DNA from: an uncultured Candidatus Actinomarina sp.
GTDB lineage: Bacteria > Actinomycetota > Acidimicrobiia > Actinomarinales > Actinomarinaceae
Assembly (NCBI GenBank): GCA_902626065.1
Contig: CACODT010000003.1
Coordinates: forward strand, 18,895-82,894
DNA: 64,000 nt
Reading direction: 5' to 3'
Of this stretch, positions 9,686 to 18,394 are shown piece after piece. Made by a program: the position numbers and the translations under genes. The notes beneath the pieces are model-generated. The model saw nothing but the letters and a program-made list of their open reading frames with translations, made no database searches and was not told the DNA's origin. Positions within the stretch are counted from its first letter, which is position 1; each line of letters opens with the position of its first letter.

Positions 9686-10413
9686 TAAATATCGCTTAAA
9701 GATGTAACTTTTGAAATTATTTCTTCTTGAGACGGGTCTTCAAGGTCACTTGCCACTTCTCCATCTTTTAACATTATGACTCTCTCAGCAAAAGATGCAG
9801 CGAAAGGATCATGTGTCACCATTACAATCGTCTGGTTTAATTCGTTTACAACAGATTTCATAAAAGTTAATAATTCCTTACTTGACTTTGAATCTAAATT
9901 TCCAGATGGCTCATCAGCAAAAATTACTTCGGGCATTGTTGCCATTGCACGAGCAGCTGCAACTCTTTGTTGTTGACCCCCAGAAAGTTCATTTGGTCGA
10001 TGATTTAGTCTATCTCCAATATCTACAGCATTAACAATCTTATCAATCCATTCTTCATCTGGTTTTTTACCAGCTATAGAAGAGGGAAGTGTAATATTCT
10101 CTTCTGCTGTTAAGGTTGGAATCAAATTAAAGGCTTGAAAGACAAAGCCAAAAGAATCTCTTCTAATTTTTGTTAATTCTTTATCATTTAAATTACCTAA
10201 ATCGATACCTTTGACAAAAATTGATCCAGAAGTAACTTTATCTAAGCCAGCAAGACAATGTAAAAGTGTAGATTTGCCTGATCCAGATTGACCCATAATT
10301 GCTGTAAATTTATTTTCAAAAAAATCCAGATTTACATTATTTAAAGCTGTAACAGACGTACCGTCTTCACCATAAACCTTTGTTAAATTTTTAGCTTCAA
10401 TTATTTTTTTCAT
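9685..10413 (-). CDS. ABC transporter ATP-binding protein (MacB/LolD-type)
   Basis: Walker A 'GQSGSGKST', signature 'LSGGQQQRVAAARA', Walker B 'IFADEP', H-loop 'VTHD'. The stop overlaps the permease start. Confidence 0.9.
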   Translation of the reverse strand: MKKIIEAKNLTKVYGEDGTSVTALNNVNLDFFENKFTAIMGQSGSGKSTLLHCLAGLDKVTSGSIFVKGIDLGNLNDKELTKIRRDSFGFVFQAFNLIPTLTAEENITLPSSIAGKKPDEEWIDKIVNAVDIGDRLNHRPNELSGGQQQRVAAARAMATMPEVIFADEPSGNLDSKSSKELLTFMKSVVNELNQTIVMVTHDPFAASFAERVIMLKDGEVASDLEDPSQEEIISKVTSLSDI

Positions 10414-10464
10414 TTAAACAAGAATAGAAGATATTTTATTTTTACTTAAACTAAATATTTTGAA

Positions 10465-10935
10465 TTAATTCAAAATTAAAGATGATATCTTATTCCATTC
10501 TGATACTAAAGGACCAGTTTTATAAAGTTCTAACGTATCAAAAGTTACCGTAATTGGTAATAGATTATGTAGAGTTTCTTGAAAATAAGATTTTGGTAAT
10601 TCATTCCCATAATATAAAGATAAGTGAGGAACCCATAAACTAGGCCAACCCTCAATGTTATTTATCAAAATTTGAAAATTTGAATTATCCGATGCTGTTA
10701 AAAACAGACGTTGAAAATAAGTTTTTCCTTCTTGAATACCATCAAAGGTAATATCGAATTTATGTTTTGTTATTTTATCAAAAATATCAAATGCAAAATT
10801 CTCACTTTGCAGATTTGTTACTAAAGTAACGTGAGGCTCGAAACAATCTTTATCTTCCTCTTCTGAAAAAATTTTCATTGTTTCTTCTATTTTAAATAGT
10901 TGATTTGTTGTAGATTTAACCCAGATTGAATACAT
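10465..10935 (-). CDS. 2H phosphoesterase superfamily protein (cyclic phosphodiesterase-like)
   Basis: 156 aa with two H-x-[TS]-x motifs, 'EPHVTLV' and 'VPHLSLYYG', the hallmark of LigT/CPDase 2H enzymes. Confidence 0.6.
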   Translation of the reverse strand: MYSIWVKSTTNQLFKIEETMKIFSEEEDKDCFEPHVTLVTNLQSENFAFDIFDKITKHKFDITFDGIQEGKTYFQRLFLTASDNSNFQILINNIEGWPSLWVPHLSLYYGNELPKSYFQETLHNLLPITVTFDTLELYKTGPLVSEWNKISSLILN

Positions 10936-10942
10936 TATAAAT

Positions 10943-11764
10943 TTATGCTCTAACTTTTGTTAATTTACTAATAAACAAACAAATAATAAAAATTGATGTT
11001 GCAACTAATGACATCGTAGGACCAGAAGGTAGATTGAAAAAATACGATAAGTATAGACCTGTAACTGAAGATAAAATACCAAATAGAACACTTATAAAAA
11101 TTGAAGAAATAAAGGTGTTTGCTACTTGTTTTGATGCTGCTGCAGGTATCAACAACATACTCAAAACTAAAATTATTCCAACTGTCTGAAGTGAAGCGAC
11201 AATTGTAACCGACAATAATATAAGAAATAAATAATTCAAAAAGTTAGTATTTAAACCTTTAACTTCAGCTCCTATAGGATCAAATGAATAGAACAATAAT
11301 TGTTTAAAAAAGACTGCTACAAGACTTATTACAGTAATGCACATAATAGTAACTATTAAAACATCAAAACTACTTACGGCCAGTATTTGACCAAATAATA
11401 AGTCTTCAAGGTTAATTGTTACATTAAATACTGATATCAAAACAAATCCTAGAGCAAAAAAAGATGAAAAGATTATTCCTATTGCAGTGTCTTCTCCAAT
11501 GTTTGAATTTTTTATAATATAACCTAAAAACAATGCAATTATTATTGATGCTGGAACTCCTAATTCAGAAATACTAAAACCCAAAAAAACACCTATCGCA
11601 ATAATTGGAAGGGTTGCGTGTGCCATAGCATCTGCCATGAATCCCATATTTCTATTGATTGTAAAAGGTCCTAATAAAGAGAGTGTGGCTCCGGATAAAA
11701 TAGCTGTAACAATTGATCGAATCATAAAATCATATTGAAAAGGCTCTATTAATATTTCAATCAT
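10943..11764 (-). CDS. znuB: Metal (zinc-type) ABC transporter permease, ABC-3 family
   Basis: Hydrophobic ABC-3-like protein. I prefer the ATG giving 'MIEILIEPFQYDF...' at 11764. The track ORF extends to 11833, but that extension lies inside the upstream ATPase gene. Confidence 0.8.
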   Translation of the reverse strand: MIEILIEPFQYDFMIRSIVTAILSGATLSLLGPFTINRNMGFMADAMAHATLPIIAIGVFLGFSISELGVPASIIIALFLGYIIKNSNIGEDTAIGIIFSSFFALGFVLISVFNVTINLEDLLFGQILAVSSFDVLIVTIMCITVISLVAVFFKQLLFYSFDPIGAEVKGLNTNFLNYLFLILLSVTIVASLQTVGIILVLSMLLIPAAASKQVANTFISSIFISVLFGILSSVTGLYLSYFFNLPSGPTMSLVATSIFIICLFISKLTKVRA

Positions 11765-12548
11765 TATTTTTTCTATGACTTTCTGGAGTATGATATTTAA
11801 ACATTTCAGTATGAGAACCATACATTTCCTCAATAACTTCTTTTGTTAAAACTTCTGATGGGTCTCCATAAGCGCAACAATGTCTATTGAGACAAAGAAC
11901 CTCATCAAATTTTTCGTCAAGATTATTAATATCGTGTGTGGCAATCAAAATAGTTTTTCCATCAAAATTTATATCGCTAATTATATTCATAATGTCTTCC
12001 TGTGCTCCTACATCAACTGCACTGAATGCTTCATCTAGTAGCAAAATATCTGCATCTTGAGCCAATCCTCTTGCAATTAATACTCTTTGAAACTGACCAC
12101 CTGATAAATTATTTATATTTTCATTAATTTTCTCAATGAGTCCTACATTTTCTAAAGCTTTTGTAATTTTTTGATTAACTTTTTTTCTTGAAAATAAATT
12201 CAGTGTGTTTTTTTCGATTAAACCCATTTCGACGACCTGCTTCACAGAAAGGGGGAAATTTCTATTAATTAAATCTTTTTGGGGGACGTAACTAATTGAT
12301 CCCTTGGCATCTTCGGGGTTCATTCCTTTAATTTTAAGAGAACCATCAACGACTGGAACCAGACCAGCAATAGCATTAAATAAAGTGGATTTACCTCCAC
12401 CATTTGGTCCCACAACAGCTACTTTTTTTCCTCTTTCAATTGAAAAAGTTACATCATCTAAAGCTTGTGCCTTCCCTAGCTGAACACAGCAACCGTCAGA
12501 AACAATGATTGCTGTATCATTTGAATTATCTTTTTTTACATTGTTCAT
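11757..12548 (-). CDS. znuC: Metal ABC transporter ATP-binding protein
   Basis: Walker A 'GPNGGGKST', signature 'LSGGQFQRVLIARG', Walker B 'LLLDEA', 'ATHD'. Sits between the binding-protein and permease genes. Confidence 0.85.
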   Translation of the reverse strand: MNNVKKDNSNDTAIIVSDGCCVQLGKAQALDDVTFSIERGKKVAVVGPNGGGKSTLFNAIAGLVPVVDGSLKIKGMNPEDAKGSISYVPQKDLINRNFPLSVKQVVEMGLIEKNTLNLFSRKKVNQKITKALENVGLIEKINENINNLSGGQFQRVLIARGLAQDADILLLDEAFSAVDVGAQEDIMNIISDINFDGKTILIATHDINNLDEKFDEVLCLNRHCCAYGDPSEVLTKEVIEEMYGSHTEMFKYHTPESHRKNND

Positions 12549-12592
12549 AGTGATACCTTTCTTTAAGTTATTGAAAGTTATCTACAATCAAC

Positions 12593-13597
12593 TTAATCAG
12601 TATTTCTAAGATTCTCCACAATTAATTCAACAGCGCTTATCAAGAATTCTGGATATGTTTGACCTTCCTTCAAAGTCTCAACCCATAATCCTTCAACTGC
12701 TTTAATACCAGTTTCTGCAACAATTGTTTCTGCATAAACTGATGGAGCTTCTGCTTCAATAAAAATTACTTTTACATTATTGTCCTGGATTACATCAATA
12801 ACATCTACCAGCTGTGCTGGTGATATTTCATTTGCAGAATCTACATCTGGAATGATGGTTGATAAAACTTGTAGTCCAAATTTAGCTTCAAGGTAACCTA
12901 GTGATTCATGAGTTGTAATTAATTTTCTATTCTGTGAGGGGACTGTTGATAATAGATCAGAAACCTGACCTGTTAAGCCGCTCAATTCGCTTTTATAGGT
13001 TGCTAATGATGATTGGTAATCAGATTCGTTATCCGGATCAAATTCACTTAATTTTGATTCAATATATTCAACAGCATATACGACTCTTCCTGGGTCAAAC
13101 CAGAAGTGAGGATCATATGCACCATGATTGTGACCTTCATGTTCGTCATCACCTTCTTCATCATCATGACCTTCTTCATCATCATGATCATCGTGGTCAT
13201 CATGCCCACCTTCTTCAAATTCTATTGGAAAAACATTTTCACCAATTTCAGCAAGAATAGTTTGACTACATGCTGAGTTTTCCAATAATTTTATAACAGC
13301 TGCCGGTTCATATTTTAAACCTGTATAGAAAACGAGATCGGCATCAGCAATTGTTCCCGCGTCTTGAGGGGCAGGTTCATAAGTATGTGGATCTGCTTCG
13401 GCTGGCATTAAGACTGTAAGATTTACATTATCTCCAGCTACTTGATCGACAAATTCACCCATCATAGGAGTAGTGGCTACAACATTGAGGTTTCTATCTC
13501 CCAGTTCTGGACATCCAGCTTCTGAACCTCCAGTGCATGCAATTAACACAATGGAAAGTGCTATTACACCTAATTTAAAAAATTTATTGTTATTCAA
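12593..13597 (-). CDS. znuA: Metal ABC substrate-binding lipoprotein with a His/Asp-rich loop (zinc-type, ZnuA-like)
   Basis: Lipobox 'VLIACTGG'. Cluster-9 binding-protein features 'DPHTYEP' and 'DPHFWFDP'. Long loop 'GGHDDHDDHDDEEGHDDEEGDDEHEGHNHG', characteristic of zinc-specific ZnuA. Confidence 0.85.
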   Translation of the reverse strand: MNNNKFFKLGVIALSIVLIACTGGSEAGCPELGDRNLNVVATTPMMGEFVDQVAGDNVNLTVLMPAEADPHTYEPAPQDAGTIADADLVFYTGLKYEPAAVIKLLENSACSQTILAEIGENVFPIEFEEGGHDDHDDHDDEEGHDDEEGDDEHEGHNHGAYDPHFWFDPGRVVYAVEYIESKLSEFDPDNESDYQSSLATYKSELSGLTGQVSDLLSTVPSQNRKLITTHESLGYLEAKFGLQVLSTIIPDVDSANEISPAQLVDVIDVIQDNNVKVIFIEAEAPSVYAETIVAETGIKAVEGLWVETLKEGQTYPEFLISAVELIVENLRNTD

Positions 13598-13621
13598 AAT
13601 TCTCCTTCTAGTTCCAATAAA

Positions 13622-13636
13622 TGAGATTAAGTCTCA
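13622..13636. promoter_or_regulatory. Zur/Fur-box-like palindrome proximal to znuA
   Basis: 'TGAGATTAAGTCTCA' is a 7-1-7 inverted repeat with one G.T mismatch. It lies 25 nt upstream of the znuA start, in the znuA/zur divergent intergenic region. Confidence 0.6.
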
Positions 13637-13659
13637 ATTTTATATTTGTCAAGAATAAA

Positions 13660-13674
13660 TGAGAATTATTCTCA
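13660..13674. promoter_or_regulatory. Zur/Fur-box-like palindrome proximal to zur
   Basis: 'TGAGAATTATTCTCA' is a perfect 7-1-7 palindrome and extends to AAATGAGAAT-t-ATTCTCATTT, 13657-13677. It resembles actinobacterial Zur boxes of the TGAAAATNATTTTCA type. It lies about 24 nt upstream of a 'TGTATAAT' extended -10-like element at 13696-13703. Confidence 0.65.
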
Positions 13675-13706
13675 TTTTTTATTTTTGATAAATTCTGTAT
13701 AATTGA

Positions 13707-14147
13707 ATGCGTATGAAAGATTCAAAACAAATTTTATCAGACCATAAGGTTTCAGTTACTAATCCAAGAATTTTGGTTATCGAGGCGTTGCTAGAGAATA
13801 ATAATCCCCTAACTGTGGATGAACTTCAGATAAAGCTAAAAAATAAAGTTGCAAAATCAACTCTCTACAGGGTTTTAAATGATTTAAAAAAAATAAATAT
13901 ATTAAATGAATTTACAAATCCAGAAAATGCAATTGTTGTTGAGCTTTTACTTGAGGATGACTCCCATCACCATCATTTGTTCTGTAGTGATTGCGGAGAA
14001 ATTATAGATATTCAAATGGGTGATGAATTCGAAAGAACTTTATCCAAAGAAATTAAAAGATTGGAAAAGAAATTTAATTTTTCGATTGAGGATCACAGGC
14101 TTGAATTATTTGGAAAGTGTACGGATCTTTGCGAAAATTGCAGCTAA
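13707..14147 (+). CDS. zur: Fur-family metalloregulator, probable zinc uptake regulator
   Basis: 146 aa. Winged-helix N-terminus, then 'HHHHLFCSDCGEIIDI' and the C-terminal 'CTDLCENC' Cys pairs typical of Fur/Zur. Divergent from the znu operon. Confidence 0.8.
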   Translation: MRMKDSKQILSDHKVSVTNPRILVIEALLENNNPLTVDELQIKLKNKVAKSTLYRVLNDLKKINILNEFTNPENAIVVELLLEDDSHHHHLFCSDCGEIIDIQMGDEFERTLSKEIKRLEKKFNFSIEDHRLELFGKCTDLCENCS

Positions 14148-14152
14148 GTTTC

Positions 14153-14329
14153 TTACAGAATAATCCCAACTAATGAAGCTTGAATCAACATAGAATCAAT
14201 AGCCATGAAAGAGTGATAATCTAATAACTTATTTACAACCGGTAAAATAATGCTTTCTGATGCATCAGTTTCTACTGCTAAATAAGCTGCTTCATATCCT
14301 TGATTAGTTAGATTGCAAATAATACACAT
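14153..14329 (-). CDS. Unannotated small ORF (58 aa), hypothetical
   Basis: Hand translation of the minus strand gives MCIICNLTNQGYEAAYLAVETDASESIILPVVNKLLDYHSFMAIDSMLIQASLVGIIL. It is preceded by 'GGGGAAATTATT' (SD-like). It fills an otherwise empty 240-bp gap. No family recognised. Confidence 0.3.
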   Translation of the reverse strand: MCIICNLTNQGYEAAYLAVETDASESIILPVVNKLLDYHSFMAIDSMLIQASLVGIIL

Positions 14330-14387
14330 AATAATTTCCCCTGTTGTTCCTAATTTTATAAAATTATCTGTTTATTGTAAACACTAG

Positions 14388-15629
14388 ATGGATTATATTA
14401 TCTCGGTGAATCTCGGACATGGCGTAGTAAATGTTGGAGATTTGCCAATACCGTTTGACATGGTTCTAAATGCTTCAGCTTTAGTTGTTCTTATTACTTT
14501 TGTTTATTTAAAGGTTTCATGGAAAGAATCAATTATTGCCGATCGGGAGGAAGTATTTGACGATAAACAAAGTTTATTTGGAAAATTGTTTGGTTTTTTA
14601 ATTTTATTTTTACTTATTGCCCCAGGTGTAATTAGTAATGAGTCAGCCACAACATCAATAGCTCCACTGATGTTGTGGGTATTTTTATGGATTGGCGTTC
14701 CCGTACTTGGTCTGTTGTTTGGAGATATATATGCGAAATTTAATCCTTTAAATCTCTTTCCATTTTCCTCAAACAAGCCTCAATCAGTATATTTTGCTTG
14801 CGTTTTGTTTATTGGGCTAACCTGGTTTGAACTGGTGTGGAGGAAACCTGGAAACCCACTGAATATTGGGGTTGTATTTATATTGCTTTTTATCAGTGTG
14901 AATTTATTGAGATACTTTTTAAAAAAATCATTAATTGAAGTTGATCCTTTGCTTTTACTTCATTATTTGTACAGTAAGTTGAAACTAGTCAACTCCAGAC
15001 CTTACTTTAGATCATTGCTTGATAACATTGGAAATCTTGCAAGGCTTAGAGGTATTGAGTATTTTGTACTTTTAATGATCGGTACCGTAACTTATGATGG
15101 TCTTAGAGAGACCACTTTCTGGTATGAACAGTTCGGACCAAGAATAAACGATATGGGATTCTCGACAATGATGTTCGTTCTCATGAATCTAACAACAATT
15201 TTGTTTTATCGTTTTGCCTGTTTCTTTGCAATAAAGATCGGAGGGTCTGATCTAGAGCTGAACAAAGTTTCAAACCTGTTTGGACATACAATGCTACCTA
15301 TTGCTTTTGCATATCACGTTACACATTATTTAACTCTATTATTATTTGAATCTCAAACTTTCTTTTATCGATTAAATGATCCAATTGGGACTGGTATAAA
15401 TTTATTTAATGCTCAGGAACCATCTATTGACTACTTTGTAGAACCTCTAGTAATTTGGAGTATTCAGGTAGGAGTTACCCTTTTAGGCCATATGCTTAGT
15501 GTTGTTCTAGCTCATGATCTAGCGGTAAAACTTTTTGGTCATCAACAAAGTGATAAAACCCAGTACATATTTTTATTCATTACTGTTGCATTGACGCTTC
15601 AAGCTTTATTTGTCCTTAGTGTTGGATAA
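14388..15629 (+). CDS. Polytopic membrane protein, unknown function
   Basis: 413 aa with about 10 hydrophobic segments. No motif I can assign. Confidence 0.6.
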   Translation: MDYIISVNLGHGVVNVGDLPIPFDMVLNASALVVLITFVYLKVSWKESIIADREEVFDDKQSLFGKLFGFLILFLLIAPGVISNESATTSIAPLMLWVFLWIGVPVLGLLFGDIYAKFNPLNLFPFSSNKPQSVYFACVLFIGLTWFELVWRKPGNPLNIGVVFILLFISVNLLRYFLKKSLIEVDPLLLLHYLYSKLKLVNSRPYFRSLLDNIGNLARLRGIEYFVLLMIGTVTYDGLRETTFWYEQFGPRINDMGFSTMMFVLMNLTTILFYRFACFFAIKIGGSDLELNKVSNLFGHTMLPIAFAYHVTHYLTLLLFESQTFFYRLNDPIGTGINLFNAQEPSIDYFVEPLVIWSIQVGVTLLGHMLSVVLAHDLAVKLFGHQQSDKTQYIFLFITVALTLQALFVLSVG

Positions 15630-15673
15630 AATATACAAGCAACGTATATATTTCGAAGCTAATATCGTAATTA

Positions 15674-18073
15674 ATGATCGAAAATAGTAAAAAATTAATC
15701 GTATTTATTTTATTTTTATTAATTGTTTCCGCATGCTCAAGCGATGATTCATCTGGTCCTACATTAGTAGAGATATCTTCTGATGAAGAAGGTGAAGATT
15801 ATGAGGAAGATGGTGATGAGGAAGAAGATATCGATGAAGAAGAAAATGATGATATGGATGTTAAAGAATTTATACCTCCTGAATTACCAGATTTACCAGA
15901 TCCAGTTTTAAGCTCTACTAAATGGAATCAAGTAAATGGACCTTTTGGTGGAACAATTACAAGTATTTTTAAAAGTTCGGATGGGTACTGGGTGACTACA
16001 ACAGACAATTCTGGACTCTCAGATAGCAATCTTTATTTAGTAGACGGTAAAACATTTACTTGGGAGTTGAAAAAAACAATAAGTGGAAACATGGGTGGGG
16101 TTGTAGTTAATGAATCAAACTCTGATCAGATAGCTTTTTACACCGAAGCTACAAGTAATTCGGATTCTGGTGTTTTTGTTTCTAAAGATGGTGGAAAAAC
16201 ATGGGAAGAAGCAAAAATAGATGGTTCACAATATTCAGCTATAGCTTTAGGTTCTCAAAATACCTCTACTTTATATGTAGCAGGAAGACATTTCCCAAAT
16301 GGAGAAGATTGTGAAGATGAAGAAGGTGAAGACGATTGTACTCCTGAAAAAAATTCAGCAATATTTATATCTAATGATTTTGGAACATCATGGATAAAAT
16401 CGTCAACTATCCCAAAAGGAATTTTTAAAGAAATCGAATTAGAAGAAGGTCAAGAATTAGAAGAAGAAGACATAGATAAAGTGAGAGTTCTCTATGTAAG
16501 TCCATCAGATGATGACCATATATTTGTTGGTACAAGTAATTTACTATTAAAAAGTAATGACCGAGGCTCGTCTTGGGAGTCTTTAAGTGACACTTTCCAT
16601 AGATCAGATATTAAAGGTTTAGCAATTCATCCAAACAATCCAAACATAATTTATGCAAGAATTGGACTTTATACATTTTCAGATTGTTCAAATGTAGATA
16701 ATGATGATCCTGATTATGAAGAAAGTGTATCAAAGTATTGTCCGGGTATTTATAAAAGTACTGATGGAGGTGAAAGCTGGAAATTACTTGAAGAAGTTAC
16801 CGGAGACCCATCAGAAGGTGGGGTGTATATAAATGAATATAATGATTCAGAAATTTACTCAGTTTTTGGAAGAGAAACATTTGTAAGTAAAGATGCTGGA
16901 ATTTCATCTGATGTTTTCTTGGACACAAAAGAACACCCTATTATTCCTGATGTTGGTGTGGAAATAATAACGTTTGGTGAAAATGAATCTGAGGTATTTA
17001 TTGCAGGTCTACAAGGTTTTTACAGAACTTACGATAATGGTAAAACTTGGATTGAAACAAATACAGGTTTTGTAGGTTCTGAAGTTGTAGATCTAGTTAC
17101 TGCTTTGGATGGAACTATGTATGCAACAACTTACAATTTAGGAATTTTTAAGAGTACTGATGGAGGTAAAAACTGGGTTTTTGCTTCTTTTGGCATAAAG
17201 AATTGGTATGGTATGCAATTAGCAACCCACCCAGAAGATGCTGACACCGTATTTACAACAACTAATGGAGGGGTTTATAAATCAACAAATGCTGGCGAAT
17301 CTTGGAAGCTTATTGGAGGTTCGGACCTTTGTGATGATGAAGATGCCGGTGGAAATTGTCACTATCACGGAATCGTTGTAGAGAAAGAAGCACCTTTCAA
17401 AGTTCTTGTGGGTAGTGGTGGAGATCAATACGCAAAAGAAGGTGTGGGATTAACTGGATCAGAGGATAACGGAGAATCATGGAGAAATTCTGATGATGGT
17501 TTTGTAAGAGATGTTCATGTAAGTAAATTAATAATTGATCCAAACAACAATAATGTCTTTTACGCAACAACGCAGGGAGAGACAGAATATACAGACAAAG
17601 TTGGTGATGGAGCAGGAGTATTTAAAAGCACTGATCGTGGCAACAACTGGATTCAAATCAATAATGGGCTAAATAGTCTGGAAACTAATGTATTGGCAAT
17701 TGACCCTAATGACTCTGAAGTACTCTATCTTGGAACTGATGATGATGGAATATATAAAAGTGTAAATGGAGGAGAGAACTGGGAAAAATTAATTCCTTCT
17801 GCGTCTTTTGGAGTTGGTGACATAATTGTTGATCCACAAAATAGCAACAATGTTTATATGGGGACTGTAGATTATTTTAGACTATCAGAAAGCAGGGGTG
17901 TCTTGGGTGATTTTGGTGTTTACAAAAGTACCGATGGTGGGACGACATGGGAAGAGTTCAATTCAGGCTTAAATCACCTTGGTGTTTTCTCTCTTGAATT
18001 ATCAGAAGAAAATAGAATCTTATATGCTGGAACAAGAGCTGGTGGAGTTTACTGGATTAATTTAGATAGCTAG
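15674..18073 (+). CDS. Secreted lipoprotein with about 11 BNR/Asp-box repeats (beta-propeller, sialidase/Ycf48/xyloglucanase-like fold)
   Basis: Lipobox 'IVSACSS' and a poly-acidic linker 'DEEGEDYEEDGDEEEDIDEEENDD'. Repeated S-x-D-x-G-x-[TS]-W boxes include 'SKDGGKTWEE', 'SNDFGTSWIK', 'SNDRGSSWES', 'STDGGESWKL', 'TYDNGKTWIE', 'STDGGKNWVF', 'STNAGESWKL', 'SEDNGESWRN', 'STDRGNNWIQ', 'SVNGGENWEK', 'STDGGTTWEE'. Confidence 0.8.
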   Translation: MIENSKKLIVFILFLLIVSACSSDDSSGPTLVEISSDEEGEDYEEDGDEEEDIDEEENDDMDVKEFIPPELPDLPDPVLSSTKWNQVNGPFGGTITSIFKSSDGYWVTTTDNSGLSDSNLYLVDGKTFTWELKKTISGNMGGVVVNESNSDQIAFYTEATSNSDSGVFVSKDGGKTWEEAKIDGSQYSAIALGSQNTSTLYVAGRHFPNGEDCEDEEGEDDCTPEKNSAIFISNDFGTSWIKSSTIPKGIFKEIELEEGQELEEEDIDKVRVLYVSPSDDDHIFVGTSNLLLKSNDRGSSWESLSDTFHRSDIKGLAIHPNNPNIIYARIGLYTFSDCSNVDNDDPDYEESVSKYCPGIYKSTDGGESWKLLEEVTGDPSEGGVYINEYNDSEIYSVFGRETFVSKDAGISSDVFLDTKEHPIIPDVGVEIITFGENESEVFIAGLQGFYRTYDNGKTWIETNTGFVGSEVVDLVTALDGTMYATTYNLGIFKSTDGGKNWVFASFGIKNWYGMQLATHPEDADTVFTTTNGGVYKSTNAGESWKLIGGSDLCDDEDAGGNCHYHGIVVEKEAPFKVLVGSGGDQYAKEGVGLTGSEDNGESWRNSDDGFVRDVHVSKLIIDPNNNNVFYATTQGETEYTDKVGDGAGVFKSTDRGNNWIQINNGLNSLETNVLAIDPNDSEVLYLGTDDDGIYKSVNGGENWEKLIPSASFGVGDIIVDPQNSNNVYMGTVDYFRLSESRGVLGDFGVYKSTDGGTTWEEFNSGLNHLGVFSLELSEENRILYAGTRAGGVYWINLDS

Positions 18074-18390
18074 GTTCTTGGGATTTTTTGACCATCTTTA
18101 TTGGTAAATTGCCCTGTGACAACAAGAATTAAATCAACCAGAAACCATACTCCTAATCCCCCAAGGGTAAGCAGCATTAGAAACCCTGTACCTATTTTTC
18201 CGACATAAAATCTATGGACACCTAGAACACCAACAAAAAAGGTTAGTAGAAATAAAGTTAACCAATCTGTTGTACTTGTTGTTGTAGAAGAATTTAATAA
18301 TTTCTCTTTTTGTAAATCAAACTCTTCTTGGGTAATAACTCTGTCTTTAAGTAGATCGTTTAACTTTTTTATTTCATCCGCCGTACTCAT
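18070..18390 (-). CDS. TM2 domain membrane protein with N-terminal SHOCT-like segment
   Basis: 'ADEIKKLNDLLKDRVITQEEFDLQKEKLL' is SHOCT-like. It is followed by 'GVLGVHRFYVGKIGTGFLMLLTLGGLGVWFLVDLILV', the TM2 signature. Confidence 0.75.
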   Translation of the reverse strand: MSTADEIKKLNDLLKDRVITQEEFDLQKEKLLNSSTTTSTTDWLTLFLLTFFVGVLGVHRFYVGKIGTGFLMLLTLGGLGVWFLVDLILVVTGQFTNKDGQKIPRT

Positions 18391-18394
18391 ACGT

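Noticed and set aside
11765-11833. N-terminal extensions of track ORFs: znuB to 11833, dnaA from 31386, BtuF-like from 39580, paralog 2 from 43633
   Set aside because: The extensions overlap upstream genes or precede better-placed ATG codons that give normal N-termini or signal peptides. I retained them only as alternative starts.
13125-13216. Repetitive 'catcatcatga(c/t)c' DNA
   Set aside because: It is the coding sequence of the ZnuA His/Asp-rich metal-binding loop on the minus strand, not an independent repeat element.
15631-15649. Short hairpin ATATAC-N7-GTATAT after the 413-aa membrane protein gene
   Set aside because: It is a 6-bp all-A/T-rich stem without a following T-tract, too weak to call a terminator.
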